Shown here one piece after another: positions 56,343-64,000 of a stretch of DNA of 64,000 nt. Below the pieces are notes generated by a model. That model was not told the origin of the DNA. It searched no databases and saw nothing but the letters and a program-made list of their open reading frames with translations. Position 1 is the first letter of the stretch; each line of letters starts with the position of its first letter. The stretch is from Myxococcales bacterium (GTDB lineage: Bacteria > Myxococcota_A > Polyangia > Polyangiales > Polyangiaceae). The position numbers and the translations under genes are program-made. Location of the stretch: positions 64,001 through 128,000 of the forward strand of contig JAYTOU010000023.1 of the NCBI GenBank assembly GCA_043747615.1. The letters are read 5' to 3'.

Positions 56343-57205
56343 ACTTCGGCGCGGAGGACGAGCTCGCCGAGCCGGATCGTCAGTCGTCTGCGCGCGCTCT
56401 CGAGGCCAGACGCGCGGCACTTGAAGACCTCGTTCGCGATCTCCTCGCTCCGGGGGACCTCATCGTCCACGACGACACGAGGCTCGCACCCGCCGCGCTC
56501 ATCGGGCGAGCGTGGTGTCCGACTCCCCGCGCTCTTCGCCTGCTCACCAAAGCCGGAGCTCGCCCGCTGCCCGCGCCGCCGCTCGAGGTTCTTCGTCGCG
56601 TGAACCACCGCGCGTTCTCGGCCGAGCTCGGGCAGACGTTGCCGGGCGCGCGCTTCGTCCGCAATCGCACGGAGCTCGATGCGACGCTTGCGCAGGAGGC
56701 AACGGGGTGGCTGTTGAAGCGCCCTTTCGGGTACGCCGGACGCGGTCGGCTGCGGGTGCTCCCCGGTGCAATCCTCGAGAGCGAAGAGCGCTGGATCGAG
56801 GCCTCTCTCCGGACGGGCGAAGGGCTTCAAGTGGAGCCTCTCGTCGAGCGCATTGCAGACTTCGCGCTTCACGGGTACGCGTCGCGCGCCGGCGTCGTCG
56901 TCCTTGGTGCGCCCGCCCATCAGGAGTGCGACGCTGCTGGCGTTTGGCGAAGCTCGACCCGCGCCGCGTTCGGCGAGCTCGCGCCCGAGGAGAAAAGTGC
57001 GCTCACCCACGCCGCCACGCAGGCGGGCCTCGCTCTCACCAACGCCGGGTATTTTGGGCCTTTCGGCCTCGATGCGTTCCGCTGGAAAATAAAAAATGGA
57101 GAGATCCGCTTCAACCCGCGGTGCGAGATCAACGCGCGTTATTCCATGGGATGGGCGGCAGGAATGGGTACCCTCCGCCCCGACCAGGACGAAGGAGAAG
57201 GTTGA
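56315..57205 (+). CDS. ATP-grasp fold protein
   Basis: WLLKRPFGYAGRG, VEPLV, GYFGPFGLD, CEINARYSMG; overlaps DUF455 gene by 28 bp. Confidence 0.78.
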   Translation: MVTRSAWVLNFGAEDELAEPDRQSSARALEARRAALEDLVRDLLAPGDLIVHDDTRLAPAALIGRAWCPTPRALRLLTKAGARPLPAPPLEVLRRVNHRAFSAELGQTLPGARFVRNRTELDATLAQEATGWLLKRPFGYAGRGRLRVLPGAILESEERWIEASLRTGEGLQVEPLVERIADFALHGYASRAGVVVLGAPAHQECDAAGVWRSSTRAAFGELAPEEKSALTHAATQAGLALTNAGYFGPFGLDAFRWKIKNGEIRFNPRCEINARYSMGWAAGMGTLRPDQDEGEG

Positions 57206-57207
57206 CG

Positions 57208-57750
57208 ATGGCCCTCGGCGCAACGATGTACCGTTTGAAGATCGACTTGTCGGACGTGGACCGCGCCGTTTACGAGTCACTCGATCTCCGTGTCGCTCGC
57301 CACCCCTCAGAGACGATGCGCTATCTCCTCGCGCGCACGCTCGCCTATTGCCTCTGTCACGAGGAAGGAATCGCCTTCTCCAAAGGGCTCTCGACGAACG
57401 ACGAGCCAGCCGTCTGGATTCACGATTTGCAGGGGAACCTGAAGGCCTGGATCGAAGTGGGCAATCCGAACGCGGAAAGGCTTCACAAGGCGAACAAGGC
57501 CTCTCCACGCACGGTGATTTTCACCCACGCCCCCGAGCTCCTGCTCCGAGAGACACAGGGAAAGACGATCTTCAAGCGCGAACGCATCGAGGTGTTCAGC
57601 GTGGAGCCGTCCTTTCTCGACGCGCTCGACGACGCGACCGATCGCAACACGCGCTGGGAAATGGTGCGCACCGAAGGCGCGCTCTACGTCACCATCGACG
57701 GCAAGAGCATCGAAGGCACGCTCACCCGCCACGAGCTCACGGCCGACTAA
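57208..57750 (+). CDS. yaeQ: YaeQ family protein
   Basis: MALGAT, LSDVDR, RHPSET, FSKGLS, EP, WIEVG. Confidence 0.9.
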   Translation: MALGATMYRLKIDLSDVDRAVYESLDLRVARHPSETMRYLLARTLAYCLCHEEGIAFSKGLSTNDEPAVWIHDLQGNLKAWIEVGNPNAERLHKANKASPRTVIFTHAPELLLRETQGKTIFKRERIEVFSVEPSFLDALDDATDRNTRWEMVRTEGALYVTIDGKSIEGTLTRHELTAD

Positions 57751-58214
57751 TGCGCTTTTGCCCTTGTTTTTCTGCCATTGCGTACGCCCAGTGTTGCGAG
57801 CCGTTTCACCGCGGTAAGCGAGAGCCGCCCACGCCGACGGCTACGATGCGCTCGCGTTTCGCGGCCTACGCGGCGAAAGACTACGGCTACTTGTGGCGCA
57901 CGATGGACGCGAGCCACGAGTACCGCGCAGTACGCGAAGAGCAGTTCATCGCCGCGGCTTGCGATGCGTCGAGGACGCAGCGGTACCTCGGCCTCACCAT
58001 CTGCGACGATCGCGCAGCCAACGAGAACGGGATCGCGAAGGTCCTCTTTCTGGCCAAGGTGTTCGACCGCGGGTCCGATCAGTCGTTCGTCGAGTGTTCG
58101 GACTTCGTGCACGACGGCAGAGGCTGGCGCTACCTGATGGGCACCACGACGGCCCCTCGTCGCGACGGGTTGGATCGCACTATCGAGACGTTTCTTACCC
58201 TCGCCCTCACATGA
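57750..58214 (+). CDS. ychJ: YchJ family protein (SEC-C motif + NTF2-like)
   Basis: CPC..YAQCCEPFH, MRSRFAAY, E.S.F....GWRY; TAATG coupling. Confidence 0.88.
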   Translation: MRFCPCFSAIAYAQCCEPFHRGKREPPTPTATMRSRFAAYAAKDYGYLWRTMDASHEYRAVREEQFIAAACDASRTQRYLGLTICDDRAANENGIAKVLFLAKVFDRGSDQSFVECSDFVHDGRGWRYLMGTTTAPRRDGLDRTIETFLTLALT

Positions 58215-58659
58215 CCGTCTTGTCGAGGGCCGACGGAAGCTCGCCGCGGAGGCGCCGCTTCCACTCTTCAGCTTCGCGCAGGTGCCGACCGGCGGGGAGC
58301 GCGCGGGCATAGCGATCGATGAGCTCGGTCCCCGCGGAGACAGATTTCTCGACGTCGCCGGTCGCCGAGTGGGCGTGCGCGAGGTGCTCCGCGGCGCAGA
58401 CGAGCGCGCTGAAATAAGAGTCGTCGATGTCGTCCCTCTCCAGAATGCGCTCGGCGAGATCGAGGACGAGCGCGCGCTCAAAGTCCATCGCGGCCTCGGC
58501 GTACTTCTCCTGAAAGTCGTAAGCCGTCGCGCGATCGACCAGAATTTCTGGGCTGGTGGTGCCGGCGTCGATCTCTTTCGTGGCCTCGATCACCGCCTCT
58601 TCGTAGAGACCATCGTCAATCATCTTTCGTGCAAACGACATCCCGTAGCGACCGGCCAT
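58207..58659 (-). CDS. Small TPR protein
   Basis: GLYEEA, RATAY..EKYAEA..DFERAL TPR pattern; -10-like TAGTGT 6 nt before ATG. Confidence 0.75.
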   Translation of the reverse strand: MAGRYGMSFARKMIDDGLYEEAVIEATKEIDAGTTSPEILVDRATAYDFQEKYAEAAMDFERALVLDLAERILERDDIDDSYFSALVCAAEHLAHAHSATGDVEKSVSAGTELIDRYARALPAGRHLREAEEWKRRLRGELPSALDKTVM

Positions 58660-58730
58660 CGGCGGACACTACTGCAGATTTTGGGTGGCAGCGACGGCGT
58701 TTCCTGGGCATTCTCACAACCCAACTAAAA

Positions 58731-61700
58731 ATGAGCAGCGCGCACGAACGGCAAGTCTATCTGACGGCACTTTGTAGAACCGTTCCGTACGCCGTGGTGG
58801 AGGCCGTCCTCGCCAATCCGTCTGAGTTCTCCGTCTGCTCGACCGTCGTGGTGGGCACCGTCCTCAACGCCGATCTCGTCGGCTTTACCGCCCTCTGCGA
58901 GCGCCTCGCCGCAGCCGGTCCGGGCGGACTCGGCAAGCTCACCCAAGCGCTGAACGAGCTCTTCACCCGCCTCCTGGACGAGACGCTCTTCCCTTACGAA
59001 GGTTACGTCATGCAGTTCGGCGGAGATTCGATCACCGCTATTTTCAGGGGGGAAGGTCACGCTTTGCGCGCCGCTGCTGCCGCGCTCGAGGCGCAGAAGA
59101 TCATGACGGGCCCCCCCTTCGCGGACGTCGAAGAGAACGGGCGGCCGCTCCTCATGCGCGTGGGGCTCGCCCAGGGCGAGATCGCCCTGCCTATCGTCGG
59201 GGATCTGATGCAGCGAGCAGTGGTGTGCGGCGGGCCAGCCTCCCATCGCGCCGTCGCACTTCAGGCGCGAGCCGCTCCCGGGACGGTGCTCGTCGACAAC
59301 TTCGTCTCCGCGCTTCTCGGCAAGCGGGCCCAAATCGCGAAGAGTGAGCCCGACTGCGGGACGTTGATGGCCCTCCTGGAGCACCCCGCGCGCACGCCCA
59401 TCCCGGAGCTCGGCGGACGCATCGAAGAACGCATCGAGGAGAAGATCGCGCTCCTCGAGCCCTTCGTAGCTCCTCCCCTCGCTGCGCGCCTGCGAAGCAC
59501 ACCGATGGGTTGGAGAATCGACGGCGAGCTGCGCAATGTGGTCGTCCTGTTCGCAGAGATCGGCGGGCTCGAGGAAGGCATCTCTCCCGAGGTCGCCCTT
59601 GATCTTTCGCGCTCACTCCTCCGGGCGTACCGAAAGTACGACGGGCTCTGCGTCAACATCAGCATCGTGCCGCACGGCCAGCGCCTGATGGTCCTCTTCG
59701 GGCTGCACATGCCCCAGAGCAACGACGCCGAGCGTTCACTCCTCGCGGCGCTGGAAGCAACGGCGCGCGTGAAAGGTTACTTGGCTGGCTCGAACGCCAA
59801 TCAGATCTCGCTCCGCACGGGTCTACACGCCGGGCAGGTATATTTCGGGGCGTTCGGCAGCGACTACCGGCACGACGTAACCGTCATAGGCAACACCGTC
59901 AACGTCGGCGCGCGCGTAGTGGAAGCCGCGGCCCCGTTCGAAGTGCTCGCTTCGGAAGCCGTCTACCAGCACATCACCAACGAGTTTCAGCACTCCCCGC
60001 GCCCGTCGGTGCGATTGAAGGGCGTCTCACAACCGCTCGCGGTCAAGGCCATTCACTCTCCCTCGGAGGGGATCGCTCACTACCTCCAGACGCGTGCGCG
60101 AAGACGCCTCCTCGCGGGGAGGGACTCGGAGACCGAGCGTCTCCGCAAGATCGCGAACACCGCCTGGAAAGGCGACGGACAAGTGCTCGGTCTCTGTGGT
60201 TCGGACGGCACGGGCAAGAGCGCGCTCCTCTCCTTCGTGGTCGACGATTGGGTCCAGCGCGGAGGCCTGGGGATGCTCGGCCGCTGCCGCTTTGCCACGA
60301 AGACCGAGCCTCTCGCGCCGGTGATCACGATGTTCAACGGATTCCTCGGTCTCACCCGGGGAGGGGGCGACGCCGAGCGCCGCGATCGTATTCGTCAGGG
60401 GCTCGAGCCCTTCCACCTGGCGAACGGCGCTCCGGAGCTCGTCGCATTGCTGCAGCCCGTTCGGCGCCCAGATGGCGCGCACGAAGCGCTCATCGATCTC
60501 GCGGACAGCCACGCGCGCGAACGCGTCCTCGGGAGCATCATCGAGTTTCTCGATCGGCGCGTCGAGCAGGAGAACGTCCTCTACGTCATCGAGGACCTTC
60601 ACTACGGCGACAGTCTCACCCAGGAGCTCGCCGCGCGCACCACGGGGCTCGGACGAAAGCGCCCTTTTTTCTTCGTGGCCACCTACATGCCGGACGCTCC
60701 AGTCGGCGCCTTCCGAAGAACCCTCGATCACGAGGTGGTGCTCGAGAACCTGACGGGGCCTCAGGCCGAAGCGCTTCTCATGCACGAGCTGAATGCGAGC
60801 GCCGTCGATCCCGCCGTCCTCGCGTTCGTTCTCAGGCGCACCGGCGGCAACCCGGCTCACCTCATCGACGTGACGCGCTTCTTGCGCGACCGCGAGCTAC
60901 TCCAAGTCAGAGGCGGTCTCGTCGTTGCGCCGCCGGGAGGCCTGGCACTTCTCGACGACGTGGTCCCCAAAACGGCGGCCAACGCGGCCCTCGCCCAGAT
61001 GGACGGCCTCGGCGAAGTCGAGAAGCGCATCGTGCGGATGGCGAGCGCGATCGGCCGTAATTTCTCGCGTGATTTGCTCGAGAGCGTCTCCGGCGCGGAG
61101 CTCGATCCCAAGTTGATTGGTTGGGCGATGGACAGCCTCGAGGGGCGCCGGGTCATTGGTCCAGACGCTGGTCCGCGAGGTTACGCTTTCCGCGATGACG
61201 TGATGCGGGCAGCCGCCTATCGCACGATGCCTGAAGGGAAGCGACGCGACATCCACTCGCGGATCGCCGACGCCCTCGAAGCGCGCACGGATCTCGATCT
61301 GTCGCGCGACGCGGCGACGCTCGCCGTTCACCGCGACCGCGCGGGGCAATGGAGAGAAGCGGCGCGCTGGTACGAGATTTCCGCGCAGGTGTCCCTGAAA
61401 TCCGCGCTCAACGACGAGGCACGCCATTTTCACGCGCGCTGGGAGGAATGCGTGAGCAAGCTCCCCGACGAACAGCGACCGTCGCCGGAGGACTCCGCGC
61501 AGATGGCCCTCATCAAGCTCGCAGCTCTCGGTCGCCGTCGACTGCCTGCACAGACGCTCGGTCAAGGTCGTCACGTCGCCACGCACCACTCGCACGCGCT
61601 AGGCTCTCAAGCGAAGCTCATCGTCCACTTCTGGCTTGGTTGCTCGCTCGCGTGGATGGGGCAAACGGTGCGCGCGCGCGATCGCTTGAAGAAGGTGTGG

Positions 61701-62507
61701 GAGCACGCCGAGGATGGAGCGATGCGCTGCGATTCGGCGATCGAGATGGCGCGCACCTACGCCTACGCGATGGACCACGTGGCCGCGGGCCGCTGGCTCG
61801 ATCGCGCGGCGCTTCTGACGGTCAACGATCCTCTTCGGGCCTCGCTGGTCCACTTGTTTCAAGCCGGTCTGGAGACCGATGCCGACAAGCTCGAAGAGGT
61901 GCGCCTGGCCTGCCTCGAAATCCAGCGCTCCACTCGAAAGGACGGGCTCCTGCATATCGCAGCGATGGCGCAGAACCGAGCGGCGTGCTGCGACCTCTAC
62001 GCTCGGAAATTCGACCGCGCACGCGCGGGGTTCGAAGCCGCGCTGCAGCTCGATCGCTCGCTCGGCAATTGGTCTCAGTTCGCGAGCGAGCTGACCCACC
62101 TCGGCCAGGCCTTTCTGTGGGACGAGCGGTACATGGAGGCGCGCCAGGTTCTAGAAAAAGCGCTGCGCTTCGCGCGCGACGCGGACGATCCCATCGCGGT
62201 GGCGGAGGCAAGCGTGCACTTGGGGGCCGCCGTCGCGCTCAGCGCAGATCCCGAAGAGGGACTAGTCCTCCTCGAACAAGGAAGCACGCTCGCCATGCGG
62301 GTCGGTCATCGCGAAGCTGCGCTTGCGGCGACGCTCCACCTCCTCCACATCGCGCTCGTGCGCGAGGACGTAGACGGCGTTCACCGCCACGCCGCGACGT
62401 GCGCGAAAGAAGCGCGCGAGCACAAGACGCCGCTCTTGCGGTTCGTGTCCGACACTCTCCTCGAGCAGGTGGCGCTCCGCCGCGACATTCCCGATACGAC
62501 GCGTTGA
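58731..62507 (+). CDS. Class III nucleotide cyclase (two cyclase domains) - STAND/AAA ATPase - TPR protein
   Basis: ADLVGFT/FGGD, GLHAG/GNTVNVGAR, Walker A GSDGTGKS, VIEDLH, GGNP, C-terminal TPRs. Confidence 0.9.
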   Translation: MSSAHERQVYLTALCRTVPYAVVEAVLANPSEFSVCSTVVVGTVLNADLVGFTALCERLAAAGPGGLGKLTQALNELFTRLLDETLFPYEGYVMQFGGDSITAIFRGEGHALRAAAAALEAQKIMTGPPFADVEENGRPLLMRVGLAQGEIALPIVGDLMQRAVVCGGPASHRAVALQARAAPGTVLVDNFVSALLGKRAQIAKSEPDCGTLMALLEHPARTPIPELGGRIEERIEEKIALLEPFVAPPLAARLRSTPMGWRIDGELRNVVVLFAEIGGLEEGISPEVALDLSRSLLRAYRKYDGLCVNISIVPHGQRLMVLFGLHMPQSNDAERSLLAALEATARVKGYLAGSNANQISLRTGLHAGQVYFGAFGSDYRHDVTVIGNTVNVGARVVEAAAPFEVLASEAVYQHITNEFQHSPRPSVRLKGVSQPLAVKAIHSPSEGIAHYLQTRARRRLLAGRDSETERLRKIANTAWKGDGQVLGLCGSDGTGKSALLSFVVDDWVQRGGLGMLGRCRFATKTEPLAPVITMFNGFLGLTRGGGDAERRDRIRQGLEPFHLANGAPELVALLQPVRRPDGAHEALIDLADSHARERVLGSIIEFLDRRVEQENVLYVIEDLHYGDSLTQELAARTTGLGRKRPFFFVATYMPDAPVGAFRRTLDHEVVLENLTGPQAEALLMHELNASAVDPAVLAFVLRRTGGNPAHLIDVTRFLRDRELLQVRGGLVVAPPGGLALLDDVVPKTAANAALAQMDGLGEVEKRIVRMASAIGRNFSRDLLESVSGAELDPKLIGWAMDSLEGRRVIGPDAGPRGYAFRDDVMRAAAYRTMPEGKRRDIHSRIADALEARTDLDLSRDAATLAVHRDRAGQWREAARWYEISAQVSLKSALNDEARHFHARWEECVSKLPDEQRPSPEDSAQMALIKLAALGRRRLPAQTLGQGRHVATHHSHALGSQAKLIVHFWLGCSLAWMGQTVRARDRLKKVWEHAEDGAMRCDSAIEMARTYAYAMDHVAAGRWLDRAALLTVNDPLRASLVHLFQAGLETDADKLEEVRLACLEIQRSTRKDGLLHIAAMAQNRAACCDLYARKFDRARAGFEAALQLDRSLGNWSQFASELTHLGQAFLWDERYMEARQVLEKALRFARDADDPIAVAEASVHLGAAVALSADPEEGLVLLEQGSTLAMRVGHREAALAATLHLLHIALVREDVDGVHRHAATCAKEAREHKTPLLRFVSDTLLEQVALRRDIPDTTR

Positions 62508-62553
62508 AGTGATTGATGAGCTAACCTTCGCGCACTGCAGGTAGGATGCGGCG

Positions 62554-63144
62554 ATGGAAGAAGGATTCGAGACCCAAGAGCTCAAAGAGAAGATGGATGA
62601 AGCGCGCGAGCACGCGGAACATGCGGGGCACGGCAGCGGAGCGGCGTGGATTCTCTACCTGTCCCTCTCGACGGCCCTCATCGCCGTCTTCGCGGCGGTC
62701 GCCTCGCTCGAGTCAGGGTCGTACGCCAACGACGCGATCGTCCAGAAAAACGAGTCGATCCTCAACCAAGCCAGGGCAAGCGATCAGTGGGCCTACTACC
62801 AGGCCAAGGGGATCAAGGCCGTCATCTACACCGCTCAATCAGAAGCCATCAGCGGCAACGCCGAGGCGGCGGCGAAATTTCGCGAAGAGGGCAAGCGCGA
62901 GAATGCCGCGCAAGCCGAGCTGAGCGCAAAGGCCAAAGAGTTCGAGAAGAAGGTCGAAGAGTCCGACAAGGAGTCGGAGCACAGCCTCCACATCCATCAC
63001 CAGTTCGCAAAGTCCGTGACCATTTTCCAGGTGGCGATCGCCCTTGCCGCCATCGCAGCGCTCACCCGCAAGCGAATGATGTGGATGGTGAGCCTCGCCG
63101 GCGGCGTGGTCGGCCTCTACTTTTTCGTCCAGGGCTTTCTGTAA
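62554..63144 (+). CDS. DUF4337 family membrane protein
   Basis: TALIAVFAA, ASDQWAYYQAKGIK, FQVAIAL. Confidence 0.85.
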   Translation: MEEGFETQELKEKMDEAREHAEHAGHGSGAAWILYLSLSTALIAVFAAVASLESGSYANDAIVQKNESILNQARASDQWAYYQAKGIKAVIYTAQSEAISGNAEAAAKFREEGKRENAAQAELSAKAKEFEKKVEESDKESEHSLHIHHQFAKSVTIFQVAIALAAIAALTRKRMMWMVSLAGGVVGLYFFVQGFL

Positions 63145-63155
63145 ACGCGAGTCTG

Positions 63156-63998
63156 CTATGGTGCGGCGGCGCCGATCGAGACGAGCTCGATCTCGAAGAC
63201 CAGGGTCGAGTTCGGCGGGACGGCCGGGGGTAGGCCTTTCTCGCCGTACGCGAGCTGCGGGGGCACGATGAGCTTTCGCTTGCCGCCCGCTTTCATCCCA
63301 GGAATTCCCTGCTCCCAGCCCTTCGTCACGCTCCCTTTACCGAGCGTGAACGAAAAAGGCGCGGTGCGGTGCTTCGCGTCGTACTCTGCGCCACCGTCGA
63401 TTTTCGCGACGTAAAGGACGGTGATCGTGTCGCCTGTCTTTGCCGCGGGGCCTTTGCCGGCAGCGAGATTCTCGGAGACGAGACGGGTCGGCGCGGCGGG
63501 AGCGGCAACGGTTGCGGGTGCGGTCGACGGCGCGGTCGTCGTCGCTGCGGGGATGTTCGACGGGGCGGTGGTGGTCGTGGTGACGCCGGGCGCGTCGGCC
63601 TTTGCAGCAGGCTTCGCGGCAGCCGCAGGCTTCACGCCCGTGCGGGGCAAGTCCTCCAGAGCGACGACCGGAATCCCATCGGACGGCGGCGGTATTTCGG
63701 GCTCCGCTGCTGCAGGCGAGCTCACGAGGGGGGCCTTCGCCGAAATCGTCATCGATGCCTCACGAGCCTTGTATGCGCGCGCTGCTCGGAAGCCGAAAAA
63801 CCCGCAGCTGCCCATGATCGCGAGTCCGGCGACCGCGGCTAGCGCGATGACGAGCGCGCGCCCCGACGACGAAGGCTGGTGCCGGGCGACCGGTGCGTGC
63901 GCGGGAAACGTGAGAGGGGTGATGCTGCCGGTGACGGTTTCGCCGCTACCACGGAGCGCCTGATCGAGGGCCGCTATCGCTTCGCCGGCGTGACCGAA
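63156..63998 (-). CDS. FKBP-type peptidyl-prolyl isomerase domain protein, 5' end outside window
   Basis: PFSFTLG..V.KGWEQG..GMK.GGKRKL.VPP.LAYG..PPNSTLVFEIEL; frame is stop-free to the window edge. Confidence 0.9.
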   Translation of the reverse strand, partial: FGHAGEAIAALDQALRGSGETVTGSITPLTFPAHAPVARHQPSSSGRALVIALAAVAGLAIMGSCGFFGFRAARAYKAREASMTISAKAPLVSSPAAAEPEIPPPSDGIPVVALEDLPRTGVKPAAAAKPAAKADAPGVTTTTTAPSNIPAATTTAPSTAPATVAAPAAPTRLVSENLAAGKGPAAKTGDTITVLYVAKIDGGAEYDAKHRTAPFSFTLGKGSVTKGWEQGIPGMKAGGKRKLIVPPQLAYGEKGLPPAVPPNSTLVFEIELVSIGAAAP

Positions 63999-64000
63999 AC

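Overview
GC-rich, densely coding chromosomal segment whose gene content points to a myxobacterium, probably Polyangiaceae/Labilithrix-like (inference from MYXO-CTERM-type and Cys-rich lipoproteins, Ser/Thr kinases, DUF4175 and DAG-rich linkers). It carries housekeeping genes (dprA-topA, greB, def, psd, fabH-like, ddl, dCMP deaminase, ilvA, uvrC, maiA), many secreted lipoproteins and one tRNA-Arg(CCT). Highlights: (i) a ~2.8 kb integrase-less island between the tRNA 3' end and a degenerate copy of it, holding a membrane glycosyltransferase and spliced gene fragments; (ii) a DUF455 di-iron protein + ATP-grasp + YaeQ + YchJ operon; (iii) a soluble-adenylyl-cyclase-like STAND protein whose base-specifying residue appears altered; (iv) a lipoprotein truncated haemoglobin with a hydrophobic distal pocket; (v) a probable kinase-TM-FKBP fusion cut by the window edge; (vi) repeated signatures of leaderless transcription from -10 boxes and sigma54 promoters. 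All family calls come from reading motifs by eye; no database search was run. No CRISPR array, rRNA, transposase or integrase was seen.
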